A stretch of DNA of 64,000 bases from Camelus ferus (Eukaryota): positions 15,068,001 to 15,132,000 of the forward strand of contig NC_045696.1 in NCBI RefSeq assembly GCF_009834535.1, written 5' to 3'. The translations under genes were made by a program, and so were the position numbers. Positions within the stretch are counted from its first letter, which is position 1. The number at the start of each line of letters is the position of its first letter. Of this stretch, positions 12,331 through 25,660 are shown one piece after another. The notes beneath the pieces were generated by a model that was given only the letters and a program-made list of their open reading frames with translations, searched no databases and was not told the DNA's origin.

Positions 12331-13942
12331 ACTTGTCATTGAAGATCCTGCTCTGGCTTGTTTCTTAAAACAATTTCTTATATAATAACTAAGTTTTTAA
12401 ACTCTTCTATTAAGTGATGAACTCTTAGGACACTGTGACAAACTGACATCAATATTCCCCAAATAATCAAATACAAAATTTATGATTAATTACCTTTTTC
12501 AATAATATAGAATCTTAAAAATCATCAAAAAGAGTGAAATAAAATAAATACAAAGCCAAAGCAGCATTAACTACAAGTAGGTGAAAATGTAATTTCAGAC
12601 TAAAACAATCTTTATATGGTTTCTCCATCAGGGGGAACAATCTATAAAAATGCAATTTCTCACATGAGGTTGAATAAATTATGCTTTTTAAAAAATGTAT
12701 CATTCATAGGCGAATAGAGATGCTAAACTCAATAATTCCCACATGTGCTGGAGGAAATGGCAGGTTCGTGCATGTTTGTGAAATAGTTCCCAGGTTGGTT
12801 GCTTTTCCAGGCATTTCTTTATTTTGGCCTGAAGGAGGAAAAAGGGGAAAGCATCACTTAATTTAGGAAACAATTCAAAAGAGGAAAATGGCTGTAGAAA
12901 AGGACATAAATTGGATCTGGATTTCAGAGAATGTTGGTTTGGACTCAGTATGACTTTACATTTCAAGTAAAATGAGAGGACTGAGCTGTAGAAGCCAACA
13001 TCTGGCACTCTAAGAATGCACAGAGTAAATACCATACCTCTCGGCAGGTTTGAAAAGTTATCAATGTTTGTAGATACAGTGTCTTATCTTTACATATATC
13101 CTGGGTTTTTTTTTTTTTAAGTCTTGTACAATTCTGAAAGGCTTTTTGACTTATTGGAAGCAAAAGTGTTTTCACAAGTTTGCCCACAATAAGCAACTAA
13201 AAAGTAGGACTCTTTATTAATGGTGATAATGCCTTGTTCTATAGGAGAGGAGGAAGGTAAAAACCCACAAATGCAATAAAACTAGAACCAATTGTATAGT
13301 CAGATCTCTGTGTATTTCATTTGCCATCAAGCTCTCCTTAGTCATCATCTCTCTCAACACACACATACAGAATCTTGAATTTAGCATTGATAAATCTCCC
13401 GAAAGTCAACTCCCTGAAGTCCTGCCAAAATTTATCCCTGCTGATTTACACTAAGCCTGTGATTTAAATAATACCAGCTCAGAGATCAGTTATGTTTGGG
13501 CTGGTGCCTATAAGCAGCTAAGAATATCTCCTTTTAAGGGACCAGTATAGGGGAGGGGAAAGAGCACAGTATTGGAAATGAGAGAGTTTGACTTTATTTT
13601 TCAAAGGTTCAAATTCCTTATCTCCCAATGTCATGCTGTTGATGTAAGTGTTAAATAACATATGCAAAAAACACTTTGGACAATAGTCTACGATCGTTCT
13701 CCAATAGACCCTGATATACAATTGCTGTCTCTCAAAGTGGGTCTATGCATTTCAGGTAACCCTGAGGACATGATCTCATTGAAGTCTTCCAGAGTCTAAG
13801 CGCTGGACCAGCTCTTTCTTCCTTCCTCATGAATAGAGTACAGGAATGGGTTGGGGAGATTATGATTATATTTAGTTGTTTATGTTTTTCTCTCTCTTTG
13901 TATTATAATTACACCATCTTTTAGCAATGTCTGCTTCATAAG

Positions 13943-15255
13943 TGTAGTGACTAATCCAGCCAGAGATGTATATAACACCAGACCCACCCATTTCCTCCTT
14001 TATATATAAAGAATATGTTCAATTGGAAGTTTCAACTGGAGTACCAGTTATAGAAGATAACTCATAAAAATGTGACTTATGATTCACTATTCACTAAACT
14101 ATAATTAAATTTCCAGTGAAATATCTGAATGCTAATTACACAACACTTGGGCTCCTCATGACTTCCTCAGATTAAAGATAAAGTGTCAACAGAGTAAGGA
14201 TAGTTTAAGGATCCAGTGAGTGGAGATTTTGTAAGGAAGATGGCTATTCTGGGACACTCACTATTCCTTCCCACAAGGCAATGGCTGGGGAGGGGCTGGT
14301 GACTGAGAAATCAGCCCAAGCCTAGTGAGAGAGTTTTAGTAGGCACACTAAATAATCTTTACATTCATCACCTCCAGTGAGAGACACAGAGTTGAATTGT
14401 GCCTGAAGAAGACAAAGCATTCTTGGCAGCAGAGTTGGGAGCTGCAGCTGGAAAGGAGTTGCACTTCCAACTGAGAAGAGGAAGGTCAAAATTCATGAAT
14501 CCCAGGGACTGAGTGTGATATATGTAGAAGGAACATTAGCCTGGGGGTCATTCAAAATGGTGCCTACTCAAGAAGACAGTCCCTCATAACCAGAAGATGA
14601 CAACAGTGGGTCCTGGAGGTAAAAGCTATAGAGGGCAACAGAAAGGTGGCATCACTCACATTGTGGAAGCTAAAGTCCATGGACACCACTAAGTTGCCAT
14701 CAAGAAACCCACAAAGGACCCTGCGAGAGAAACCATAGCTTTAAGTTATCTTTTCGGCAAAGGATGCATGAACACTGCATATCATAGTACCAATCAAAGA
14801 GAAAGTTCCCTAGCCTCCTTTTTCATCTTCCCTCCCCTCACACCAACCCTCGAGGGATTTGAAATAACATCTAGTAGTGGAAGTAGGATTGAATGACAAG
14901 GAGAGTGAAGCCAAGAAGGATTCATTTTCCTGAGAGCTAGACATCCTCCAGAGACTGGCCCTAACTGGCAGAAAAATGGGAAGGTAAATTATCTTGAATA
15001 AAGGTAAAATACCAATTAATATATGTGACTGGACGCTTTTTACTGCAAGTAATGAGATTGTGTTTACAACTTAGAGTGACCAAAGGATTTTATGCTAAAG
15101 GTGACTAGAAATGCATGGAGTCCTCAACAAGCTTTCATCCAGTAGCAGAAGAAAAATGTCCCCTGCTAGACAGGATTAAAGGGATAATGGGAGATCAAAA
15201 ATAAATTAGCTCATTATTACACCTAATGAGTCCTGCTTGATTAACATATAGATCA
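13943..15255 (+). mobile_element. Ancient LTR, probably MamGypLTR-like
   Basis: Begins TGTAG. Ends aataaa...ttacacctaatgagtcctgcttgattaacat, resembling recalled MamGypLTR 3' ends. Family assignment from memory only. Confidence 0.5.
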
Positions 15256-15376
15256 TGGATGTACATTTAATCTCAGCAGTATGGGAAATGAATAATGTTT
15301 AAAACAAAACTCTTAAATGTTAACTAGATAGAAAGATAAATAATAAATAGATAGATAAAATGTATATATCCATACA

Positions 15377-16194
15377 CTGTAGTCCTCCCTTATCTGAAGT
15401 TTTGTTTTCTGAGGTTTCAGTTATCACAGTGAACTGTGGTCCAAAATTATTAAATAAATTCCAGAAATAAACAATTCATAAGTTTTTTTTCTTTTTTGAT
15501 TCATAAGTTTTTAATTGCCTGCTGCTCTGAGTAGCAAGATGAAATCTCTCGCAGTCCTGCCCAGGATGTGAATCACCCCTTTGTCCGGGGTATCCCGCCC
15601 AGTTAGTCACTTAGTGGCCGTCTCGGTGACCATATCTACTGTCGCAGTATTGCAGTGTTTGTGTTCACTTAATAATGGTCCCAAAGTGCGAGAGTAGTGA
15701 CGCTGGCAACTCAGCTATGCCAAAGAGATGCCTTAAAGCACCTCCTTTAAGTGAAAAGGTGAAAGCTCTTGACTTAAAAAAGAAAAAACAAATTGTATGC
15801 TAAGGAGGCTCAGAAGTACAGTAGAAATAAATCTTCTACCCATGAAATCGTGAAGAAGGAAAAAGAAATTTGTGCTAGTTTTGCAGCTGCACCTCAAACT
15901 GCAAAACCCATGGCCACAGCGTGTAAGTGTTTAGTGAAGGTGGAAAAAGCATTAAATTAATAAAATAAGATATTCTGAGAGAGAGAGAGAGAAAGACCAC
16001 ACTCACGTACCTTTTATTACAGTATATTGTTATAATTGTTTCATTTTATTATACTTATTGCTGTTAATCTCTTACTGTGTCCAAATAGTAAATTAAACCT
16101 TATTCTAGATTTATATGTATAAGAAAAAAAATAGAATATCCATGGTTTCAGGCATCCAGGGGGAAGTCTTAGAACGTATCCCCTGTAGATACTG
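15377..16194 (+). mobile_element. MER44 (Tigger7-derived TcMar DNA transposon deletion derivative)
   Basis: 5' TIR ctgtagtcctcccttatc and 3' end ...gaacgtatcccctgtagatactg followed by TA. Decayed transposase N-terminus from ATG 15675 (MVPKCESSDAGNSAMPKRCLKAPPLSEKVKALDL). Confidence 0.93.
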
Positions 16195-16419
16195 TACACG
16201 TATAGATTAGCAAGAGGAGTACGTAAACATTCCACACAGGAGCATCTGATGCACAGAGCCTGCTTATATGTCTCCATCAGCAGGGTTCTCTTCCTTCCAC
16301 AGCTATACACACATCTAATTCTTTTGAATAATTATAATTTGTTTCAGAGTTTCACTTGTCCCGCTTTGTTATGTGAGGCATACATTTGAAACTGGTCAAA
16401 ACCTCCAATCCATTAATAT

Positions 16420-17590
16420 TCCACTGCTTTCCCCCTGGTTTTCCTGCCCTCACTAGTTCTCTCCTTGGTACCCAAGCCTGGACCTAATCAATCTCTTGAC
16501 TCTATCCTGGGATCTAAATTCTGTCCAGCTTACTTCAGGGCCACACCTGCCCCGTTAAACCCTCAAACACTGATCAATCTCACCATTTGTTTTCTATTCA
16601 TCGACTCCCTTGAGGCTGAACGCTGCTTGGGAATATTTCATCAGCTTACTGATTGGCATCATTTCAAGTTATTATTCAGCCTCAGCTGCTCCCTCAAGCT
16701 TTCTTGACAAGTTGTTTTTGCAAAACCTTAATCATATTCTCTATCAAACCACTAAATTCCATTAATATCAACCTGCCCTCCCATTTTTAATAGCTGTTCT
16801 AATTTTACTTCTCTGGTTAAAAAACAGAATCTTCAGTTATGAATATACTCCTACCAAGTCCACATCTTTACTCACACTTCCTTTTCATTCTTCTCTTTAT
16901 TAACTTCTAAGACTGACTTCCTTCATGCTATTTCTCCATAAGTTATATCATTTTCTAGCTGTTGTTGTTACCATCTTAACATTCTTACCGCCACTGCTTT
17001 CTTGCCCTAAAGCAGTGCTTTTCAATTAGGGGTTCCGGGGAGCAATTTTGTCTCCTAGGGAGCACTTGCCAATGTGTAAAAACGTTACTGATTGTCAGGA
17101 CTGGGAGTCAGTGTTACTGGCATTTACTAGGGAGAGGCTAGGAGTGCTGTTAAACATCTTAAAGTTTACAGAACAGCCAGCCCTATGACAAGAAATTATC
17201 AGGTCCAAGAAATCAACAGTATTGATATTAAGGAATCTTGCCCTAATGATACGAAGTTTATAAGCTTTCTGCTTCTAATAAACAAACAGATAAATAACAG
17301 AAGAAAGAGGAAGAAAGGGAGGTAGCTGTCTTTCTTTGATAATAGTTCCCTTTATAATTCTACCCAACTGTCTCTTTTTCTCACCTCTGAATTTGTTAAA
17401 AGTCACAAGATGGCATTTATATCTTTTTATTTCATGTGCAATACTACTAATTAAACTCTGATAAAATTTATTTTAAACATTTACCAAATGTGGCCCCAAT
17501 TCCAAGTTGTCTAACTACTCATTGATGATATTTGATATTATTAAAAAGTTCTTTCTGCTTGAAACTTTCAGCTTACTTTTTCACGATATA
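16420..17590 (+). mobile_element. Degenerate L2 internal fragments (host of MER20)
   Basis: ctgattggcatcatttcaag...; tttgatattatt...ttctgcttgaaactttc are L2 RT-region-like motifs. Confidence 0.45.
17013..17240 (+). mobile_element. MER20 (hAT-Charlie MITE)
   Basis: cagtgcttttcaattagggg...gttactggcatttactagggagaggctaggagtgctgttaaacatc. 8-bp TSD ccctaaag (17005-17012) / ccctaatg (17241-17248). Confidence 0.92.
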
Positions 17591-17705
17591 GTGAAAAAGG
17601 TACAAACTTTGGGATTCAGCCTTATTTTCAAATCCTGGGTCTAAACTTTACTGCCTGGGTAACTTGGATCAAGCTCTTCAGCCTCACTAAGCTTCATGTT
17701 CCATA
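17589..17705 (+). mobile_element. MIR fragment
   Basis: ttcaaatcctgggtcta...gggtaacttggatcaagctcttcagcctcactaagcttc. Confidence 0.65.
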
Positions 17706-18084
17706 GCCTACTCCCTTTGGATTCAGATCATGCAGTATTTCATTTTTTTTTCTCCTCCTCACTATTCTTAACGCTTTGCTTGGCTGATACTGGGTGCTCA
17801 ATAAGATGAATAAATTACTGACTGCATGTATGAGCCCTAGTCCTACCCTAGCCCTAGCTTTCCTTCGCTATGAGCTGTAGTTTCACAACCATCTCCAAGG
17901 AGCTCTAAAAGGTCACTTTAGTCCACTTCCCTCCACGTATCTGTTTCTTCTGCCAGTTTTGTAGTATCATCCATCATGGTCCCGCCCTTGAATTTTATCA
18001 AGTATTGTAAAATAGCTAGAGGTGACGTGATAAAAATGGTTTAGACTTATCCTATATAACTCCAGAAGACAGGACTAAAATCAG

Positions 18085-18230
18085 CATTTTGATGTAAGGA
18101 GGAAATTATTCCCAATTAAACTGTTCAAAGATGAAAGTGATCACTGTGTGTCGGTTAGTGATCATCCTGTTACTGGAAATAGATGAGCAGAAGCTGAATG
18201 TTACTCTATTGGTTGATTAGTCTAAAAGGA
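18085..18230 (+). mobile_element. CR1/L3 LINE 3' fragment
   Basis: ctgttcaaagatgaaag...tagtgatcatcctgttactggaaatagatgagcagaagctgaatg resembles the L3 3' end. Confidence 0.6.
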
Positions 18231-18249
18231 ATGACTGGAAGGGTCTCAA

Positions 18250-18445
18250 AGAGCAATGGACTCAAAGGAATGCAACTTGGTTTTAGGTCCATTTGCCTTA
18301 ACTTAGCTACGTTCACCTTGATCAAGTTATTTGCTGTCTCTAAGCTTCAGTTTCTCATCTGTTCAGTCTTAGCAAAATTTTATATCAGATTTTGAATAAA
18401 TGGATAGGAAAGTATTTTGCAAATGTATAAGGTGCTGTATTTTAA
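18250..18445 (+). mobile_element. MIR SINE
   Basis: accttgatcaagttatttgctgtctctaagcttcagtttctcatctgt is the MIR core. Confidence 0.75.
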
Positions 18446-20083
18446 GTTGTTAAAACTTCAAGAATTTATTTCCACATTTGAATTCACTGCTTCAGTGGTG
18501 ACAGCTGTATATTTATATAAGTAATAGATGAAAGTAGATATTTTTCTACATACAAGTACATGTATGTACTTATTTTTATTCTCATATTTCAATGAAAACA
18601 TTATAGAGCATAGAAAATTCGCTATTTAAAAAATAATGTAGCAATGAAAACAAAATGGCAAAGGTTTATTTAGAATTACTATGGCACACTTCATAAATAT
18701 CATATTTAAGCATGAAAAACTCTCTTCTGGATAGCATGCTAATCTTCATAATCTCAAGTTAATATGATCATTGTTCTAGAGAAACTGCTTTTGAATTCTT
18801 TTCAGACATTTGCAACTTCCCACTGTAATTTCCCACTCTCTTACCTTTTACCTAATTCATTAAAATTATCACTTAACTGTTCTTTGATTTAATTGTAAAT
18901 GTATAATACACTTTAAATTTTTTTATAGAAAAATTAAACATTAAAAAAGCAGACAGAATATTAATCAAGGGAAAACCTTAACAAAAATGTATTATGATGC
19001 TCTAACAATACTCAGGTAATACTCTGAATTACAAAAAGAATATTTGAGAAATGTAGATTTTTCTCCTTTTTGCTGTTGTTTCCTACTTGGCTTTCCTGGT
19101 CTCCTTTACCAAAGTGCAGGATCCTTTGGCACCATCCTCACATAATCTGTTGAGAAAAACAAGAGCATGGTTTCTATCTCAAGTTTAAGTTTTGCAGTAT
19201 CTGCTGTTGCCACATCCCTTCTTGTTTGAGTTAATCACAAGGGTGGGGACGCAGGCCATTCCTGACTTCAACAGTTATTCCTTCTGCCTTACACCCATGG
19301 GACAAGTCTTCGTAGATAATGTGATGATCTGGAGCACGTTGAATGTGCCTCTCTCACCAACCTTGGGAGCAGAAGATGGCAGAGGAGGGAAACACTTAGA
19401 ATAGCTTGTTCTTTATAATGTTTTTAAAAACTAAATCTGCATTGGGTTTTCATAAGCTGGGAAAAAAAAAAAGCATCATGGTTTAGCTTTCATTTAAAAA
19501 ACTAAGCAGGAAAAAAGAAAAAGGATTTCCTTGAATCAAAAGTGTTGATTGTTGTGTTGTTGTCCAGGAAATACCCCATGAACCCCCAAGTAGTTAATGC
19601 ATCATGATCTTTATAAAAAAAGATTTTTTGTAGGTGTTTTTAGCATTAAATTGTTGTCTGTTTTCATTGCTTTTTTTTATTGTTCATTTAAATGCATAGG
19701 TAATTAAATCAATTATCCACTTATTTTGGCGACATTCTGAGTGTATTATTCTCTCTCTTGCAAGCTCGGTGTGTTGTCTTGAAAATACCTTTTCTAAGCA
19801 TCTGAAATTGTGAAAACAGAGTGCATTTAGCCAGCCTCTCAACTGGAGTAGATTTCCAAAACCAATTTAAGATGTGTCTTGTTCTAGAAAACTGAACCCA
19901 GGTTGCTAAATTTGTTCTCCTGCTTTGATAGGTATTCCTCCTCATGTAATACTCTTCTTCATTGCCTTCCCATTAGAAGCTATTCTGTGTATAGATGGGG
20001 TATTCATAAAACCATTTTTATTGCTTTTGGCATTCCATATTCACATATGGTTGATTTTTCCAAATATGTATTTTATTTCAGCC

Positions 20084-20110
20084 TTTTTTTTTTTTTTTTT
20101 TTTTTTTTTT
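20084..20110. repeat. Poly(T) tract (27 nt)
   Basis: Directly visible. Confidence 0.95.
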
Positions 20111-20786
20111 GCTTTAGGTTCCCATGAAAGTTTCCAATGGTTGAACAATATGTAAATAAAAACAGAGCTGTGGGTACTGTTTGCATATTGGGTATATCAT
20201 TTTGCATATAGATTAAACAAAACAAATGATTGCCAATAAATTGCTTTGTCCATTTTCATTTAGTTCCTAGACTAAGAGACATCTGAATGTTTAGTCTTCC
20301 TTCATAAACATGACTCATGTTTGTACCATTGAAGCAAACTAACTATACTTTGATTAAAATTTTGATTAAATGGATCTGGAGAGCTCTCATAAGAAAAAAA
20401 ATGGAAAAAAGTTTTACATTCATAGCAACAGTTGTTTTAAAACAAGAAATAGAAGGCCATATATTGAAACTTAAATAGAAAAAAAGGAAATAACACGATA
20501 AAATGACTCAGATTAACAAAAATGAATAAGGTCAAAAGGTAAATCACTTATTTAGAACATGAAAGACACTGATGATGCTACCTTTATTCCATCTACCATC
20601 ACTACTCTCTACACCTCCACACTGCCATTCCAGTCTTGCTGTTTTGACTATTTTGGAGTAAAGGAAGAAATCTTGGAATATAATTCAGTTTTTTGCCAAG
20701 GAGTATATCTTCAGGTTTTAGGCAATTTATTTTTGTAAACTTGCAATTTCTATAGACAATTGAAGAGTAGATTAGTACAAAACTTC

Positions 20787-21570
20787 GATGAGGTATCACC
20801 TCACACTGGCCAGAATGGCCATCATCCAAAAGTCCACAAATGATAAATGCTGGAGAGGCTGTGGAAAAAAGGGAAACTTCTTACATTGTTGGTGGGAATG
20901 TAATTTGGTGCAGCCATTATGGAAAACAGTATGGAGATTCCTTAAAAGAACTGAAAATAGACTTACCATATAATCTAGCAATCCTACTTCTGGGCATTTA
21001 TCTGGAGGGAACTCTAATTCAAAAAGATACATGCACCCCAGTGTTCATAGCAGCACTATATACAATAGCCAAGACATGGAAGCAACCTAAATGTCCATCA
21101 ACAGATGACTGGATAAAGAAGATGTGGTGTATTTTATATATATATATATATTTTATACACACACACACACACAATGGAATACTACTCAGCCATATAAAGA
21201 ATGGAATAATGCCATTTTCAGCCACATGAATGAACCTACAAATTATCGTACTAAATAAAGCAAGCCAGAAAGAGAAAGAAAAAACACCATATTATATCTT
21301 TTATATGTGGAATCTTATAAAACAACACAAATGAAATTGTTTGGTTCATTTGTGAACAAAATAGAAACTGATTCATGACATAGAAAACAAACTTATGGTA
21401 ACTAGGAGGGAAAGTGGGGGGAGAGGGATAAATTGGGAGTTCAGGATTAGCAGATACTACCTACTATATATAAAATAGATAAACAACAAAGTCCTACTGC
21501 ACAGCACAGGGAACTATATTTAATATCTTGTAGTAATTTATGATGAAAAAGAATATAGATATGTGTATCT
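20787..21570 (+). mobile_element. Cetartiodactyl (camelid-like) L1: ORF2 C-terminus and most of the 3'UTR
   Basis: ORFs 20788-20973 ([25 protein letters not shown]...HCWWEC) and 20840-21229 ([32 protein letters not shown]) are the frameshifted L1 ORF2 cysteine-rich domain. 3'UTR motif gcacagggaactatattt is present. Confidence 0.96.
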
Positions 21571-21574
21571 AAGA

Positions 21575-21705
21575 ACCTCAGCGTGCATCTCCTAAGAATG
21601 ACATTCTTTTACGTGACTACAATACATTATGCTCCCCCAAATTAACAATAACCTTTTAAATCATCTAATAATCATTTTAATATTCAAAATTTCATGACTG
21701 CTCCA
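21575..21705 (-). mobile_element. L1MC-like 3' fragment (host of the preceding L1; also 20725-20786)
   Basis: ctcagcgtgcatctcctaagaatgacattctttt...tcatctaata...atattcaaaatttc. Confidence 0.6.
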
Positions 21706-24509
21706 AAACAAGGAAGAAGGAAGAAATGAATGAGAAGAGAAATAAATAAAGTGAGAAAGCAATAAGCAAACAGGAAGTCTTGAGGTTTTTTTTTAAGGTC
21801 AGCTAAGGGATGCATGTCTAAAACATTTCTTATGTTATATTTTCTGGGAATCTGAGTTCAGTATTAGGTAAGTTCAATGTGGAATAGATCCAAAAGAGAA
21901 ATATGATGATGGTGCCTTCGACCTCTACTCACACCTCTAAATTTTTCATAGGTTGCAAAGTAATACATATATTACACCTAAATCCAAGTTACATACTTTA
22001 GTATTTAATGCACTTAAGAGTTCTAAATTTATTTAAATGCAAGTCTTTTGCTAGAAATGAGTTGTTGAGGTCCTAACATGTACCAGGCAGGGTACGGTAA
22101 TGAGTGTAGATTACGTCTTAATAGGTTCAATTATTTTCTATTCCAATCAATGTCATATTTATTTTTACATCATTTATTTCAAGAGCAGCATTACTTGAGT
22201 AAATGGCGTCTTTTAAATGACTTGGATAATTAAGTACAGTCTTTGCTCATTGTTTACAAACAAGCTTTTCTTTAATTGTATGTGAATTTAAAAGTGATAA
22301 AAACTGCTTGTCAGAGTATCATTTCTCTCAATGACAATTTGAAAGGATGTGAATATTTGGATTATTATTATTGATAATATGAATATGTTTTATGTAACAT
22401 TGGAAATTACATATTTAATTCTTAATTATATTTATCCTTTATTCAAAAAAATAATGAATGGCTATCAAGTTGCTTAATATAATTCAAAATGAGTGTAAGA
22501 CACTCGATGATGACGGAAACTAGGCAAATTTGGGGTAAAGAGAAATAAAAGATGGAAAGTATCATGTAAAATTTGGCATTTGTGTCTCCACTGGGCTGTT
22601 TCAGTCCCCATCTTCATTTAAACTTACCTCTCATAAATCCCCACCCTCTTTCCTGCCACGAGCTAGGAATTACTTGGTTTAACAATCCTCCATCTGGATG
22701 TACTGGCATCTTTGGGAGGAGTTTCTCTTAGTCATTCCTTTAAAGATAACAACTTTATGCATGACAAAATTCATTTTTCCCTTTATCCATTTAATTCCAC
22801 AAGATGTTTATCCACTTACCCATTATTTAAATCCAGTTTCAAACAGGATTTGAGGAAGGATTACTTCAAAGAATTTTTTTTTGAGACATATTAAAATGGT
22901 AATTGATGACATGAGTATTTGCCTAGCTGGGTTGATTCCTCAGCTTTGGAGAACATTCTGTTCCCAGGAGGTGATTCCACTATATAGCAAGTGCTTAAGA
23001 AAATAGGGGGAAAAAATAAGCATTCGGAAAATTACTAACCTTGTCTCACCACAAGTCAACCTTGAAATTTTGTGGCAGGATTCTATGAGATACAAACAAA
23101 CTGGATTTTGTTTGCATCCTTCACAATCTGAGGAATTTGATTTGTTAGAAGTTTACATCCAGGCAAAAGAAGCCTTGCCCTGAGCTCTCACCTGGCCTTT
23201 CCATAATAAATTGAGAACCCAAACATGGCCATTAAATCATCACTTACAGTGTAGAGACTTTCCCAAGGGCTATAAATTAAAAGCCACGAAACCCTCACCT
23301 CCAAAATTGCCCTAACTTACAGCCTGTATGGAGCTGGATTTATTTGGGTCCTTGTTTTGCTACAACATGAGGAAAGAAAGCTTAAGAACTAGATGTGTAG
23401 GTAAGAAAGGGTGAAGAAAGATGGAAAAAAATCTGTAAAGTAGTGGCTTCCACTTAAATTATATTATCCACTACTTTAATAATACGTGCTCTTTAACGAG
23501 CTTAATGTGCATGGCAGTTTCTGAATTCAGATCCTAGACTAATGTTAAAGAAATTGCATTGACTTTGACTTCACATATCCTTCCTCATTCTTTTGCCATC
23601 TTATATGCCGCTTGATCTTCAAAGGGAACCGTAACTAAATCCTTTCAATACAAACATGACCCACATGCAGTTTGAAATGCTTCTTAGTTTGGAAATAAGC
23701 AAAATCCCATAAGAATTTTGTGTCTCCTCCAAAAAGCTACATATCCCATTTTACGAAATTTTCTCTGCCTACCTAACCCATTGATTGATTGTTTTCAAAT
23801 GCTAATAAGAATAATTTTAGGCACTTGTAGAATGTTAATTCCTGAACCCCTTTGGTCAACAGTTCTGTTCTCTTTTCTTTTTTGTTTATGTGAAAAGTTT
23901 GTGTTGTATGCATGGGTTGTTGTTCTGTGTGTGAGAAAGATTTGTTTTGTTTTGTTTTAAAAGTAGAGCCTTATAAGCCTGAAAAAAAAAAAAAAAAAGA
24001 TGTTTTAGTTACTACACACAGTGGAGCAATTTGAAATAAGATATATTTATAAAAACTATCCATTCTGGTAATAGTGCTTGTTTTTATGGGCTTTACCTGG
24101 AAGTTATTCCATTTTTTCTAACAATGACTTCTTACTGGACCACTGGAAAAAGAACATGTTAATGTACTTGGAAATCATATCTGAGGTTTTTTTCTATTGG
24201 GAAAAATGTAGAGTCAGTGAATGCTGTCATAAAAAAAAAAAAAAAATGGGTGCCAAGCACCATCTTACTACATATTCCACTAGTTTTGCCATTCATGGCA
24301 ATGAATAAATTCCTTTGTCATGAAAAAATAAAGGTGAAAACTGAAAGATAAGAACAGGGCAACAAATAAAAATATTAAAAAGTTAACAATTTGGGTTGTA
24401 TATATCCATATAGGATATGAAATAACTGTATTATAAATCACTAGGGTTATGGCCATTTGCAAAAGGTAAAAAAAGTTGCAGCAGTAAAAATTTTATCTCC
24501 CAGAGTATT

Positions 24510-25470
24510 GATGTGATCCAGTCCCCTGATCTTTCTTCTCTACCCTCACTCTCCGATCTCATCAAGTCTTAGGCTTTTAAATGTGATCTACCAATGAGAG
24601 CCACATTAATGATATTCTGTTCCTCTTCTTTGAACTTTAGAAGTGTACATCACCTTGCTATGTGACTTTCTGACTTCGTTCTAACAAGCAGATCAACTTT
24701 ACCATATCAACTCTTCATCCGTTCCCTCCTGCCAAGATAAATGGCATCATCATTTGCCTAGTTGTTTATCCAAACCTTAGGAGCCATTCTTCATTCTCAC
24801 TTTTAATCTACAGGCAAATCTTCAGGTAGTTGTGCTAAGTCTATCTGCTGTTTACTGCTCCGTGCTGTCATCGCTATACTCCGAGTCCAACCCTCCACGT
24901 GTACTTGGATGACCATCATAGACCCTTACTGAACTCCTTGCTGTAAAATCCACTTGTTCAGAAGCAAGCAGCATGATCTTCTGAAAATTCAAATTGCTAT
25001 GCCCCAAATCATCCCATAGCTTTCCATTTCATTTATAGTAAAGTTTGTACATTTTACAGTGGTCAGAAGACTATAGAATCTGGTCCCTGCATAACTCTCT
25101 GATCACACACTACACCAATTACACTCTTCTCTCTGTAGGAAGCCACATTGGCTCTCTTTCTAGATTTGCAAGCATACCAGCTTGGCTTCCATCTAAGGGC
25201 ACTTGCGCTGGTTACTTTCTCTCACGTTCTCCACTTGGTTGGTTCCATCTTGATATTAAAGTCTCTGTTTAAGTGTGAGCCTTTTATTATAACCTGCTTT
25301 ATTTGCACAGTTTGAAGGAGTGCCATTGAGTACTTTTAAATTCTATTACCCTCTTTTATTTTTATCATATTGCTTACCACTACTTAAAAGTATCTTATTT
25401 ATGCACTTAAAAATTTTCTGTCTCCCTATGAATGGAATCATGTATTGGCTTTTTTTGTCAATCTAATTGC
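24510..25470 (+). mobile_element. L2 LINE 3' region
   Basis: gatctcatcaagtcttaggcttttaaat...aaaccttaggagccattct...gcagcatgatcttctgaaaattcaaatt...ccatctaagggcacttgcgc. Confidence 0.8.
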
Positions 25471-25524
25471 GCTAGAATCTTCGCAATTCACAAATGTCAG
25501 ATATGGAGACTATTTAAAGAATCC

Positions 25525-25660
25525 ATGCCTCAGGTTCTTCATAAAAAGTGAGGAGAACTGCCTTTGACTTTAATCAGATAGTTGTGCAGATCAAATCAGG
25601 TAATAAAGATGAAAGCAATGTTGAATCGAAAAATTGCTATCAAGTGAAGAGTAATACAAT
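25525..25660 (+). mobile_element. MIR 3' half
   Basis: gcctcaggttcttcataaaaagtgagg...gttgtgcagatcaaatcaggtaataaagatgaaagca. Confidence 0.6.

Noticed and set aside
19293..19361. 69-nt minus-strand exon candidate (VGERGTFNVLQIITLSTKTCPMG)
   Set aside because: AAG acceptor and a weak donor context. The peptide is unrecognised and it is consistent with a chance pseudo-exon.
20788..21229. ORFs with strong protein-like motifs (HCWWEC, WKQPKCP)
   Set aside because: Frameshifted L1 ORF2 C-terminus in a 5'-truncated copy, not a host gene. The same applies to 28275-28698, 37744-37926 and 38791-38982.
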